Source: Geosiphon pyriformis uo1 (lineage: Eukaryota; Fungi; Glomeromycota). Taken from it: a DNA stretch of 64,000 nt. This document shows, piece by piece, positions 22,528 through 37,532 of the stretch. The notes below the pieces were generated by a model. The model ran no database searches and was not told the DNA's origin. It saw nothing but the letters and a program-made list of their open reading frames with translations. Made by a program: the position numbers and the translations under genes. The stretch is from positions 929,085 through 993,084 of the forward strand of contig JAAOMT010000135.1 in assembly GCA_016748015.1 (NCBI GenBank), given 5' to 3'. Numbering within the stretch: the first letter of the stretch is position 1; each line of letters opens with the position of its first letter.

Positions 22528-25500
22528 ACAGCCAATATAAACCAAAAAAAAATCAACATTCAAAATTATCAGAATACTAAATCAAAATATCAAGAATATA
22601 ATTAGTATGCCAATATCAACTATATTAAAAACTCATGCAAAATAACTCTTATTATTCTTAATAATATATATAATTATTTATTATATTTTAATATTAAAAA
22701 ATATGCTTTGATATATTAAAAAATTTCAGATAATATTTTTTAAAAGATCTGATTTTTTATGTAAATCTATCAATTATTATCCAAAAAAAATTATTAAAAG
22801 TAAAATTTTTAATAATATTTATTATTTATTGTAATTTTACAAATGCAATATAAAAATTTAAAGTTCATGACAATAAAAAATATAATATATTTTGCTTGTT
22901 GACAACTCTTATAAATTGTAGATCAAATAATTTTAAATGAGTTATAGAGTTTAAAATTGATAAAAATCAGCTTATCTGTATATTGTGAATGTCTTTCACA
23001 TAAATTGTTTTTTGGTTAAAGTACTATAATGTTGTTTTAAATAATAATACAGCAGAAACCAATTGTTATTAGATATTACTTTCTCTTTTTTTTATTGTAA
23101 ATAATAACACAAAATTTTATCTTATTACACAAGCTTTTGTATTAAATAAAACTGCCAAATCATATAAATAAATTTTAAAATACATAAAAAAAACAATAAT
23201 AATAAAACTATTAGTGTTTATTATTAATGCTAATTCTATAACAGATACAACAATTGTTCAAGTATATAAAATGACTTACCAAATTCATTGTATTTTTTAT
23301 ATTAATAAAAACTTATCAAAAAATCTCAAGTTAAAGTTTTATAATCAATATAAAAGCTTTATTCACAATTTTTTTTTATGTTATAATAGTTTATGTAAAG
23401 AAATTTTTTATAAATAATAGTTACAACTTATTAAAACATATGTTTTTTTTTTAATTTAAATATATAAATTTAAAATTTATAAAAAACAAAATTATAATAT
23501 TTGAATTTGTTTATAATAAAATATTTTTTAATTATAAAATACTATATATTATTTAAGACATAATAAAAACTTAAATATATAATTTATATTCAATTTTATA
23601 TAAAAAAAAATTATTTTTTATTTTAATTAAATTAATATTAAATTATATATATATTAATATTATATATTATAAATAGATTAATTTAGCAAAAAAAATGAGG
23701 TAATTTAGCAATTTTTTAAAATAATTATTGAAAATAATTAAAAATAATTTTAATTGAAAAAATGAATTGAATATATAAAATTTAATATATAATTAATTTT
23801 AAAAAATTAAAAAATTAAAAAATAAATTATAATTGTTAATAAAATAATATTATTACTATTGCTTTATATTTTACTTTAATAATTTTTAAAATTAATAACA
23901 AATATTGTTTTATTTTTTAATCATGTTTTTATTTAATAAATTATAAAAACAAGTAAATAGTTTTTTTAATTAATTTTAATAATAAAAAATAAAAAAATAA
24001 AAAAATGCAATATTAATATTTTAAAATACAAAATACTTAAAATTAAAAATTAAAAAAGAAATTTAATTGTTTATAATTTTTTTTTAATTTTTTTTAATAA
24101 AAAAATATATTATTAATATAATATTAAAAAAATTTAATAACTAAATTAATAATTATATTAATAATTAAGTTAAAGTAAATTATTAATTATTAATTTAAAA
24201 ATAAAATGCTTAATTATATATTATTTGGTAAATATATATAATAATTAATAAATTCTAATTATAATATATTAAAAAGTTTTTAATAATAAAAAAATTTTGT
24301 CAAAATAATAGGTTTATAAAAGTTTTAAATTTAATATAAATATAACAATTAAATAAATGAATAATTTAGTTTTAAACATTAATATTTTTAATATTATATA
24401 TAAAATAAAAATTTGAATGTTTTTTTTGTAAATTTAATCTAATGTAATTTTAATTAATTATATTTAAAAATATAAAAATTATACTTATTTTAAAGTTGTA
24501 TTAATTATATTATAATAAATAATAGTTAAATTACATTTGTTAATATGAATAAATAAAAATAATATTATTTAAAAATACAAAAAATATATTTTAATCAGTA
24601 TTTTAGTTAATATTAATCAAATAGCTTAAAGATTTAATATTTAAAATAAATATAATTTACTAAAACAATTTTTTTTGTTCAAATCATAATTACCAAAAAC
24701 TAAAATTTTTTAAAATATTTTCTTGAACAAAACTTTTAATTAAATTTACTTTATGAATTTTATTATTTAAATTATAATACTTATTAAAAATAGGTAATGT
24801 TTAACTGTATTCATTATTTTTTCTTACATTAATTGAATTTTAAAACTTTGGTCTTGCATAATAGTTAAAATAACATAATTTCTGTTGTCAATCCTTAAAA
24901 TAATGCCATGAAGAGTAAATTAATTTTGTACCAAAGATAGATAGAAAATTTTAAAATTTTAAAACGCTATTGTGGGTTTCCTGGATCACTTTAAACATAA
25001 TTATAAAGCACGAAAAAATTAGTTTCGATTAACCAAAACTTTGTTTGATTCATTATTGAATGAATAATTCATTTCTGTGGAACGGGATTTGATTTCTCAA
25101 ACAATTTTCTTAGCACCATTATTTCAGCACATAGTAAAGAAGTCTTTCAAAACCTAGTGATCATTTTAAAAAACAGTTTCTCTCGACGAGTACCTATCAA
25201 ATCACACTCACGACCAGTTCTCCATCAACAATTGCGGTTGGAAAGCTCTTAACTTTGTTGAGGCAAACTTTTCTTAAGAAAATTAACTAAATTGAAGAAA
25301 GGCAAAAGTCATGTGCTGAGCAATCTGTCTACGTATTTCGAAGTGATCTCAGAACCACCCAGTTGGAAAGAAATTTTTGTGAGAGTTCATAGTACGATAT
25401 TTTCGTTAGAATAAATCAGTCGTTGAGATGATTTTTTTTCATGGTGTTACCAGAGTTTTGTTTTGCTGTAAATCGGAATTCTATGGCTATTAGAAATAGC

Positions 25501-25900
25501 TTCATTAAAGGTAGGGAATTTGTGATCAGAGAAGCTGAGAAATATAGTGTTTCGAGATTAATTTGAGGCTTTAAAATTTATTGCTAAATATTATTGCCCG
25601 GGAAAAAATTATGCATTTTGAATCTTGTAAACTTTTATGAGTTAAAAAATTGTTTTTATGGCTTTGCGATGAAGGCTTGTATACAAATAGGTCTGTGCTC
25701 AACTTTTTTGTTTCTAGCTATATGAGGTAATCACTAATGAAATGAGTAGGCCAAATAATAAATAATTTGAAATTTCAAAGTCATCAAAACTTGATGCATT
25801 TTCAACAGAAACTCAAAGCCACGCCTTCGAAAATCGTCATATAAAATCTCTGTTATCCAATACTTAAGGAGTCGTGAGGATTACCATTTGATTCACAAAA

Positions 25901-28900
25901 ATGGCTTCATCACCTTTACCGCATGACGATTCTCCTGTGCCCCTGCGACCAATAGTTATTAACAAAGTCTTAGACAAAACAACACCACCAATTTCCCCTA
26001 CAAGTCCAAAAATCGTATCTTCAAGTAAAGTTTTCATTAGGAACGCCTTGGAAAAAATCGTTACAAGCCGAGAGGGGAGAAGGAAGGGGAAACTAAAAGA
26101 TAGTCTTGAAAAGGCGCTGGGCATGTTCAAGATCTCAAGTTTATAAATTCTTTTTCATGGAAATATTCATTATATTTTTCATTAACGTGGCTCTAAACAC
26201 CACAGAAATAATAAATAATGACGATCCAGAAGAAGGAAGGTGAAGATCATCAAAAACATATCACGATTTTTCTCTTGTAATAAAATTTTGAATTTTGACA
26301 TTCAAAGTTCCCTTATTTTATTTCTCTTTGAAAAATCACGCTCAAAATATATTATATTGCAGTAGTAATGCCAACATTATATTCGAGCCACTTCAACTCG
26401 CCTGTCAAACAAAATCTGTGGCTCTTATAATAACGGCGTTAGACTGTATTGGGAAGCTCATATCTTATAATTATTTAATCGAAAAACCCGTCGTGCCTGA
26501 TGTTTCAGAGGATATAGATGAATCAGGGAAAACTATACAAACGATACAAAAACCATTAACTGAAAGAACCATTGATACAATTTGTGACTGTTTTGTGGGA
26601 GAATATACGGACGAAAAAATCCAACTTCAAATAATAAAGGTCTTTGAAACTTCTAATTTTACTTTGCTTGATTTTAATTATGATATTGAATTATAAGATT
26701 TTATATATCTATTATTTAATGTTTCTCTAACATTTTAAGGCTTTACTCGAAGCCGTGTCATCAACAGCGGTTCCAATTCATCAATCTTCTCTTTTAAAAT
26801 CTATACGAACCTCTTATAACATATTTTTGCTGTCAAGAAATCCCGCTAATCAGATAGTCGCACAAGGAACATTAACCCAAATGGTGCACCACGTTTTCGC
26901 TAGAGTAAAAATTGCTCAAAATAATAATTCATCATCAATCCCACAAACTAAAGATCAATCAACAAATAATAGAAATTCTCTGATAAAAAGTATTAACTCA
27001 ATAATTCAAGGTGAGAGAGAGTCGGAAGCTGAGGTAGATCTTGGTATGATGGTGGCCAAAACGAATGGAAGTATAGAACATGAACATGAACATGAACATG
27101 AACATGAACATGAACATGAACATGAACATGAACATGAACATGAGCATGAAAATGAAAATGAAAATGAACACGATCAGGCCAAATTGTCTGAAGAATTCGA
27201 CGAAGAAACAATAACCCCCTCAACAGCAGAAGATTTACAAAGTATTATAAATCAAGAATATGGACAGTTAAAAGAAGCCAGTGATTCAAGAGAAGAAATT
27301 GTTAAGGCTGTAGCCGATGAAATGGAAGAAAACAAAGGCTCAGGTGGAGAAACTTCTGCGGAAGGGAAACTCACGTTGTATGTAAACTCCATTACGTACT
27401 ATTTATAATTTCTTTGAAAATTGATTATTACATATTTGTCCTATCCCGCTCACTCAAAGAAAATCATTCGAAAACCGTAAGTCCTTCGAAGGTGCATCAG
27501 AACACGGCCATGTAAATGGCTTTACAATCGATCGACCTGATTTATACGTTAAAGATGCCTTTTTGGTATTTCGAGCATTATGCAAACTCTCAATGAAGCC
27601 ACTTTCTTCTGAATCTTCAATGGATCTGAAATCCCATTCAATGCGCTCAAGATTATTGTCACTACACCTGATATTGACCATTTTGAGCTCACACATGCAC
27701 GTATTTGCATCCTCAGAGGTGGTGATAATATCTTCAACAACTCAAGAGACTACCCCCTTCATACAAGCGGTTAAACAATATTTATGTCTGAGTCTAAGTA
27801 GGAACGCAGTGAGCCCAATACCGCAAGTCTTTGAAATCAGTTTGGAGATATTCTGGAAATGTATGAGCCAACTGAGAAGTCACTTAAAGGTACATACAAT
27901 GTACACAGAACTTTAATCCCTATACTTAAAAAAACATGCATATATCTCTTGGATTTCGGCTATACAAAATATTAATCATTTTGGTTATTATCCTTCCTTT
28001 CTTTGGCGCAGAAAGAAATTGAAGTTTTTTTCAACGAGATTTTTTTACCTATTTTGGAAATGAGGAGTTCTTCGACGCAACAAAAATATGGACTCTTGAA
28101 AATTCTTCTCAGAATTTGTAATGATCCCCAGAGTTTGGTTGAAATCTATTTGAATTATGATTGTGAAAGTGAGGCATTAGAAAATATATATGAAAGGTAG
28201 ATGATCAATCATATGTCTTATTCTAATAGTACTCATGGGATAATTATTTATTTTCATTATTTAGGATTGTGAACATCGTATCGAAAATTACTACAAACTA
28301 CACAACTGGGACTTTGACAACACCTCTTCCCCCCTCTTTTGCCCTTTCAGAACCCGTGAAAGAAAAAGACCTTGAAAATCATACATCAACAGTCACCCCA
28401 TTAACTGGTTCAACTTCGACCATTGTTATTCTCCCGCCGTCTCTCACCACAACCTCTTTTGCAAACACCAAGCCAATTCCATCGTCATCATCATTATTAT
28501 CACAAATCGAAGCAGAGCTTGCCCTCAAAATTCAAGGTCTTGAGTGTCTGGTCTCTATTCTTCGCTCTTTAGTTGCCTGGTGTAGTAATAAGCCTGAAGA
28601 TGAGACAGATACGTATTCTCGAAAAAGTGATGATACTCTCCAAGATGTGACTTCACCTCGTAGTCCATCGGTCCTCGTTAACAATACAAATGGTAATGGG
28701 AAATCTTCTCCTTCATCGTCCACCATGTCGTTCAATTCTCATTCACAAGGCACAAATGAAAAGCTTACTGCATGGAAAGCAATGGATGATCCAGAGCAAT
28801 TTGGAAACTTAAAGCATCGAAAGCAGGTACTTCAAGATGGTATCAGGACTTTTAACTTTAAACCTAAGAGAGTAAGCGACACCTTAATATTAATCACGTT

Positions 28901-31900
28901 ATCCAATTCATTTATTAATAAATTATGAGTATAATTACAAATTTTAATTCCTCCAATTAGGGTATTCTTGCTTTGTTGACTGCAGGTTTTATTTCAAGTA
29001 CAGCACCTAGCGATATTGCAAAATTCTTATTGAATTCAGAGGGATTAAATAAAGCAATGATCGGAGAATACTTGGGAGACGGGTGAGCCCTCTGCCAATA
29101 ATTTGTTCTCTGTGGAATGAAAATTTTATTTGTTTTGGGACTGATTTATTCTAATATCGTGACGTTCAAAAGGGAACCTGAAAATATCGCCATCATGCAT
29201 GCATTTGTTGATTTAATGGATTTCAATCAGATGAGATTTGTTGACGCCTTACGATTATTCTTACAGTCTTTTCGACTGCCTGGGGAAGCTCAAAAGATTG
29301 ATAGATTTATGCTCAAATTTGCCGAACGTTATGTTGATGGAAATCCTAATCAATTTGCCAATGCCGGTATTATTGGTTATTTCGCTCTATGAATTTTTTT
29401 CCGTAAATGTTGGCGATTTTATTTTTAACCTTTTGATTTCTCCCCTCTCTCTCATAGATACTGCTTATGTCCTTGCTTATTCCGTTATTATGCTCAATAC
29501 CGATCTGCATAATCCACAGATTAAACGTCGTATGACCAAAGTGCAATTTATACAAAATAATCGGGGAATTAATGATAATGCTGATTTACCTGAAGAATAT
29601 TTGGAAGCAATATATGATGAGATTCAGAACAACGAGATAAAATTGAAGGATGAGCAAGACGCTGCATTAATTCAACAAGCACCATCACAACCTTCTGGTG
29701 GTATTGGAATCGCCAATATTGGGAATGCTATTGTTAACGTTAGGCGTGATTTTAAGCGAGAAGCTTATCAAGTTGCATCCGTAGAAATGGCCAACAAAAC
29801 TGAAGTAAGTAAAAGCTCTTAATCAATACTTAATTTACCCCTTATTTGATTTTGAATTATTTGGATAAATAGAATCTATTCAAGAGCATGCTAAGGGCTC
29901 AACGTCGGGGAATTTATACCGCAAATACAACTTTTTACAGTGCCTCACATTTCGAACATGTTCGTCCCATGTTCGAAGTTGCCTGGATGCCAGTACTTGC
30001 TGGATTATCGGGACCTCTTCAAATAACCGAAGACACTCAAATTGCTACCTTATCTCTAGAGGGTTTCAAGCTTGCTATCCGTATAATTTGTTTATTTGAT
30101 TTGGAACTTGAAAGAGATGCATTTGTTACAACACTTTCAAAGTTTACATTTTTGAATAATTTGGGTGAGATGAAACCTAAAAATGTCGAAGCAATTAAAT
30201 CCCTTTTGGATATTGCTTTGATCGAGGGAAATTATTTGAAAGGCTCATGGCGCGAAGTGTTGACATGTGTGAGTCAACTAGAAAGATTCCAGTTAATAAG
30301 CAATGGTGTGGATCAAACGGTAGTCCCCGACTTGTTTACTGCCCGAAAACTGAATCGGTGATTTATTTTGATGTTTCTAGTAATTGAATCATAATTGGTT
30401 TCTCACACGATATTGAAACGAGTTTTTTTTTCTCAAGCAAAAATTCAATGGATAGTGTAGTTTCACGGCGATCGCTGTCAAGAAGATCTTTTACAAGAAG
30501 CGTATCACAGGTAAATTTCACCATTTTTCTTTGATCAGCTATTAGTTTCCCATATTTTCCTTGTGAAATTCTCTGGGGTTTCCTAACTGACTCGTGATTT
30601 CAAAAGGTTTTATATGGGGAAGAGGTGGCTATGCAAAGCAGGTCATCTGAGGTAATTGTGGCTGTTGATAAAATTTTCAGTTCGAGCTCTAATCTCTCGG
30701 GGGTAATTATTGTTGTTGCTGTTATTTTCCTAGCACAATTTCTCACATCATTATTAATCATGATTAACTCAATTAATTTAGACCGCCATCGTAGAATTTG
30801 TGCGGGCACTATGCGAAGTTTCTTGGGAAGAGATCCAGTCATCGTCAATGACTGAGCATCCCCGAATTTTTAGTTTACAAAAACTGGTTGAAATATCTTA
30901 TTATAATATGGGTCGTATCCGAATGGAATGGTCAAAAGTCTGGACGATATTAGGCGAGCATTTCAATCAGGTTTAAAATTTGTTATTGAGTGGGATTAAC
31001 TTTTTATCTTAATTATTAAAGTTTATTAATTATCTTTTTCCAATTATAATTAATAGGTTGGGTGCCATCCAAATGTTCGCGTTGGATTTTTTGCAGTTGA
31101 CTCTCTTCGTCAGTTGTCGATGCAATTTTTGGCCAAAGAAGAACTCCCACATTTCAAATTTCAGAAGGACTTTTTAAAGCCTTTTGCCTATATTCTGGCA
31201 AATACACCTAAAATCGAATTAAAAGATATGGTAAATTATTTAAAGCATAATTTAATCCCCATTACATTAATTGAGGATCTCCCTTTTCTAATAATCCAAG
31301 TAACAGGCACTGCGATGCTTGCAACAAATGGTTCAAGCTCGTGCACAAAATATCAAGTCCGGATGGAAGACGATGTTCAGTGTTTTTTCTTCTGCGGCCA
31401 AGGAACCTCATGGTAATTATTTTAGTTTTTTCATATTTTATCTCCAAGTCGACATTTTTGACTTTTATAACTTACATCCATAATTCAGAATCGATTGTTA
31501 TGATGGCTTTCGATCTGGTTAAATTGCTGTTTAAAAAGCATTTTGAAGAAGTCGTGGCAAATAGCACGTATCCGGATTTAATGGTGTGCCTTTGTGAATT
31601 TTGCAAGAATAATCGCTTTCAGAAAATCAGGTAATAACTAGCGATTGATTCCATATTTTATCAGATTTTTGTTATGCTCATTTCCTCGTTTTCTCTCAGC
31701 CTTCAAGCGATAGAGTTTATTCAGCAATCAATATTAAAAATGCTCGAGTATCCAAAATATCAAATTAATGGACAGATTATAGGCACAAACGAAGATCCCT
31801 CCTTTAAATTTTGGTATCCAGCTCTATTTGGTTTCCACGACATCATAATGAATTGTGAAGATTTGGAAGTACGAACAAGGTAAATACTTAAAGTAGCATG

Positions 31901-33616
31901 TTCAAAAAATTTTAATATTTCTACTGGTAAATCAATTGCTAAATTTATTATATCCATAGAGCATTGAATTATATGTTTGAAACCCTCAAACTTTATGGAT
32001 CCAAATATTCCGATGAGTTTTGGGATGTTATTTGTCGGCAGGTACTTTTCCCAATGTTTGGAGTTATAAGATCAAGCAATGGCCTGTCGAACGTCGAAAG
32101 TCACGAAGACATGAGTGTATGGTTATCAACGACTATGATCCTAGCCTTGCGTAATATGGTTGATTTGTTTACATACTATTTTGATACTCTTGGAAATATG
32201 CTGGAAGGCGTATTAGATTTGCTCAGTTGTTGTATTCTTCAAGGTAACCACGGGAAGCGTCTTAAGCTCATATCATATCTTAATTTCACTTACCCCTTTA
32301 TGTTATAGAAAATGATGCCCTATCTCAGATAGGGTGTGCATGCTTTCAACAATTAATCGCTGAAAATGTCACCAACATGGACTTTATTCATTGGGGGAAA
32401 GTTAGTCATGCGTTTGTAAAGCTTTTTGAGGTTTCTACACCTTATCTTTTGCTCGATAAAGACCGCCATTTCGTTGAGGCAGCACATAAAATATTTGATG
32501 CGGAGGAAGCAGCATTTGGAGAAGGTATTTTTTCTATATTTTCTCGTAAATTAATTCAAATTTTGTCGATTTAAACAGTTCCATTGTTTTTTTTTGGATA
32601 AATATATAGAACTTGAAAATCCCAACAGCCTTCCAAAAGCGATTCTTAGTTGGAGTAATGAGGATGAATCAGAAGCTATTCAATCCAAGATTCATTTTGA
32701 CATTAGCAACAGGCACAAAAAAGAATTTGCAGAGATCAAGATTAAATGCATTTTACACCTACTTGTGATTGATATTTTCAACGAACTTCTTGCCACACCG
32801 AATATCTATGAATCTATACCGGCTGAGCATCTCTTAATTATCGCAGAATGTCTGGAAAAATCTCATATATTTGCTCGTAACTTTCATGAGAATTCTGAGG
32901 CGAGGGTTGCTCTATGGAAATTAGGTAATTTAATAGATTATTATGTCTTTTTTGGGGATCGATGGATTATTTATTCTATCTCTTGAATTTAAAGGTTTCA
33001 TGAAGCAGATTCCAAATCTGCTAAAACAAGAATCAATTGGTGCTTCTTCCTATATTAATTTACTCCTAAGAATGCATGGCGATCCAGCTGACGATCGGCA
33101 ACGAAAAAAACAGGAAATTGAAAGCAAATTAATTCCGTGCGTAATATTTATTAGCTTACATATTTGTTTAGCTGATTTTTGTCTGCCTTTTTCTTATCAA
33201 GCTTTTTTTACTATAGCTTGACACTTCAAATACTAAAGCGATATAATTCGTATGATCGTAAGAAACAACGTGCAAATATCGCCGCATGGACCCCAGTGAT
33301 CGCAATTATCATTAATGGCTATTTGAGGTTTGCTGATGAAGATGTAAGTCAATAAAGAGTAAACCAACATTTTATTCATCATTGACCAAAATCCTAAATT
33401 TTTCTTCTACAGTTTCTAAGGTACATACCAGATTTTTATCCCGCAGCTCTTGATCTATTAATGAATGAACTTCCGAGCGACGTGCGACCTTTTTTGCAAG
33501 AAATTTTTGTACGCACTGGAGTGCTCTACAAAATTATCAGTAAGCCTTCATTCTTTAACAACACTATTACAAACATGCTCACACCTAACACCGCATCAAC
33601 ATCGAAAGCATCTTAA
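25901..33616 (+). CDS. SEC7: Sec7/BIG-family ARF guanine nucleotide exchange factor (multi-exon)
   Basis: DCB region ([11 protein letters not shown]), HUS box (YLNYDC), Sec7 catalytic motif [27 protein letters not shown] and HDS regions. GT/GC-AG introns. Last exon ends ...TSKAS* at 33616. Confidence 0.95.
27076..27171 (+). repeat. Coding hexanucleotide microsatellite encoding (EH)12(EN)3EH in Sec7
   Basis: (GAACAT)11 GAGCAT (GAAAAT)3 GAACAC, in frame within an exon. Confidence 0.95.
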
Positions 33617-35671
33617 TAAAAATGAATAATATTAATGACCATTAGTCTTAATTTTTTCCTTGTATTGTCAAAATAGAATCTATTTAATATAATAAATGAC
33701 ACAAGAGAGAAAATATTTAGAATTATAGTTTTAAAACAGAAAGACAACATTCGTCATTAGCGAACGTTAAATACCATTTTTCTAGTCAATTTTCACTCGG
33801 AGATATTAATATCATGTTTGTCAAAGCTGTTCTTTTAAAAATATAACTTGAAGAATTGGATAAATCTGTTTTTTAATATTTAAAAATAAAGAAATTAAAT
33901 AATCCATTTTAACAAACTGCCAGTCTTGTCGTTAAATTTATAAAACATAACGAAATATATATTACTCTGTTATCATATACAAAATCAAAACACAGCTAAT
34001 TACTTTGAAAAAACCATTTTATTATTTTTTGATACAGTATTTTTCTTTTCTTAAGCAATTTATTTACACATGTTTTATATTTTAACAAAACAACAATAAT
34101 GCTCAATATTTTTATTAATATTAATATTTTTTTAATTTTACATTTCAAGTATTTTGTAAATCTAATAATACATAGTTATTTTCAAAAAAATCAGTTTAAT
34201 AAAATAATTTTATATAATTATATTATATATTAAAATATAATTAATTTAAAATTTTAATATAATAATAATTTTTTATACAATTGAAATTTATTTTATTTAT
34301 ATTATATATATAGTTTTTTATAATTTGTTTTTATCATAAAAATAGTGTTTAATTTTTAATAAAACATAATTGTAAACAGTAATTAAAAGATTTTTTTTTA
34401 ATATTCAATTGTAAATAAATATAGTATATTAACAAATAACATTATATATTGCTTTTTTTATTAGAATATTTATTTATTTAAACTTATTATATCTTATTTT
34501 TCATGATATTTTAAATAGCCAAAAAAATTTTATAATAAATATTATAATAAAAATACATAATAATATTTTATTTTTTATTTAAAATATAACAAACTCTTAT
34601 TAATAAAGTTTTTATTATATTTATACAAATTAATTAAAATTTTAAATTTAATTAATAATTATTTTTATAAAACAATTTTAAAATATTTATTGATAATAAA
34701 TACTCAAATATATTTTTTTTTATTGTAATTTATGAGTAAAGCCCAAATATTATTTAAAACAATATAATTATTTAGAGTTTTAAATTAGATATAAATTATG
34801 TATTTATTATATATAATTAGTCATCTGGTTGATTAAGACTATATTATATAACTATATTAATTATAATATTTTTTATTGTACCAGCAAAAAACAAATAACT
34901 TATCCTTAAATCAAAACTAATAGCATGACTTTTCTTTACTTCTAACAACCAAGCAATCTTAATTAAAATTTTAACAAAAAGATCACAAATAATATCAAAC
35001 AAGAAGCTATCCTTATTCAACAAACTTCTACAATCTATGTCAATTTAGAGCTTCAAATTAGGCATCCAAATTTGCTTCTTATAGCCAATAACCAAATTAT
35101 GTACAAACTCAACCAATTTAATTGTAACAAGATTAGCATTTCTAAAAGAAGTTATAGTTTTTACCAACCAACTTTTAAGCACAAATTCTTTGTATAAGAC
35201 AATATATAAACTTGCATCAAAAATACATAAATCTAGCAACTAAAAAACTACTGATGATACCAAAATTATTTTAGTCAAAGACTTTTAAATAAAAAAGCAC
35301 TTATTTAATAAAACCCAATAAACTAGTAAATTCAAATTGCAAAAAAAACTGTAATTCAAAAACTCTATTTTTCTGTAGTACACACACAATACACTTGAGT
35401 AATTATAATCATATAAGTATTTTCTAACTGCTATAGACAATCTTTTATGAACTGTTTTTATTAAATAAGTGCACAAATTAGCTATTTATTTGTATATATA
35501 GCTGACTGTCATATAAGAATTAGAATGCCAAATTATAGCAATAAGCTGCCAATTAATGTCACTAATTTGCAAAAAATTTACAGTATTGAAACCAGGCCCA
35601 ATTTCTTATTGAAAATGTCTTATAGTATTATATATAATCTTAATAAAATACCAAGTATTGCTAAAAAACAC

Positions 35672-36480
35672 TATTATAGATAATTATTTGGGGTGTTAAA
35701 ACAAATAACAAATCTGTAACTTGGTGCTTAATAGCTGATAATATTGATAATTTCTGAAGATTTTGAAGTTTGAAAATTTTGGTTAAGTTTTTTATATAAT
35801 AGACAAAAATTTAATTGATGGTTTCTTCAGTAAATTTTTTTTTTCGGTATAATGGCCAGTTTATTTTGGCAATTGTGCCCTTTTAGTAAGCTATTTTTAA
35901 ATTTTTACTATTATTTCCAGATCTTTTATCAAACTATTCTTAACATCAATTACTCAGTGCTTAATCTCTTTAATCAATTAATAAATAACAAAAAAACAAA
36001 ATAAAAGAAAATAAAAAATTAGTATTTCATTAATAGTTATAATTAAAAGCTATTGATCCAGTATAGTTAAGTATTGGATTTTATCAACATAAAGTATTGA
36101 TAAAGTTAAATAAATTAATATTTTTTTAATTAAGTAATAATAACATGAATTTAAGAATAATAGATAATTTTATTAATATGAGAATAATTTTATATTAAGT
36201 TATAGAAAACTATCTTTTGAAGAAAAGAATATTGTTCTAAATTAATATAAACTTTATTGAATTCTCCTAAAATTACTTTTTTTGCTTTTAACATTTTTAC
36301 TATATATATATAATTTATATTATATAAGATTCTTAAGAATCCTACAATTTTTTAAAAAAATCCTGAAATTCTGCAATTCTGCAATTTTTTGAGAAAATTC
36401 TGGAATTTTCTATTTTACTATACTTATTTCTGATTGGCTATTTTATCTATTATTATAATTCCTAATTTCTATGAATAACA
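35672..36480 (-). mobile_element. Solo LTR, element A-related
   Basis: Both ends match the 6351-7179 LTR; flanks ACAC/GCAT differ only by transitions. Confidence 0.8.
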
Positions 36481-36547
36481 GCATTTTACTACCAATCAGC
36501 AAAAATTTTTCCTAAATGCTCACTAAAAAAACAAGTTCTAAAAATGC

Positions 36548-37532
36548 TGTTACAAGTGATTATTTGGAGTGTTAATTCAAATAACATATTTATAACTTGG
36601 TGCTCAATAGCTGGTATATATTGGTAATATCTAAAGATTTTGAGTTAGAGTTCTTTGTATAATAAATAGAAACTCAATAGTAATATCTTTTAGTGATGTT
36701 TTTAGTGTTTTTCTAATCTTTAAATTGGTGTACTTTGTTGTCCATCACTTTCTGGAATATTTATATTCCATCAATTTTTTTCTTAGCTTGGTGGCTAGTA
36801 TTTTTTGATAAGCTATCTTCAATTCTAAGTGTCTATTCTTATTTTTAGGTCTTTTATTAATGCTATATTCTGACATTAGTACTTCACATGTTAATTTTTT
36901 TAATTAGTTAGTAAATCAATAAAACAAAATAAAATAAAATAAAATAAAAGAAAATAAAGAAGAAAATAAAAGAAAAAAAAATTAGTATTTCATTAATAGC
37001 TGTAATCAAGAGCTATTGTTCTAGTGTAATTAAAGTGAAAATATTTTAATATTCTTTTAATCAAGTAATAATAACATGGATTTAAGTGGTAATTGATAAT
37101 TTATTGATATGTAATATGAATTTTGAACTGCTTTTAACTGTGTTTTTTAATTGAAAATTTTAACTGTGAGTTTTAGCTATTGATTTTTTTTTTGCTTTTA
37201 ATATTCTTACTATATATACATAATTGATGTTCTATGAAATCTCACACATTCATGAGCAATGTGTTATAATTTTTCAAACAATGCTTATATTGCTGAATAA
37301 TATATTCTAATTTATTAACATTGCTCATATTGCTAAACAATATGCTCTAATCTATTGATATTGCTCACATTGCTAAGCAATATGTCCTAATTTACTGACA
37401 TTGTTCACATTGCTAAGCAATATGCCATAATTTATTAGCAATGTGCTTATATGTTCAATACTATTCTCTTATTGGTTTATTTTTTCTATCTGTTTTTTTT
37501 TATTTCTCTTGTACTTTTTTTTATAAGTAACA
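36548..37532 (-). mobile_element. Solo LTR, A-related subfamily with an internal tandem repeat
   Basis: TGTTACAAGTGATTATTTGG...GTAACA termini; flanks ATGC/ATCC. Confidence 0.75.
37281..37440. repeat. 4 x 40-bp tandem repeat inside the LTR
   Basis: Unit approximately TTGCTCACATTGCTAAGCAATATGYYCTAATTTAYTGACA. Confidence 0.85.

Noticed and set aside
25170-25420. Possible snRNA, based on an Sm-like AATTTTTG at about 25372
   Set aside because: No U1, U2, U4, U5, U11 or U12 signature is recognisable, and the motif is common in AT-rich DNA.
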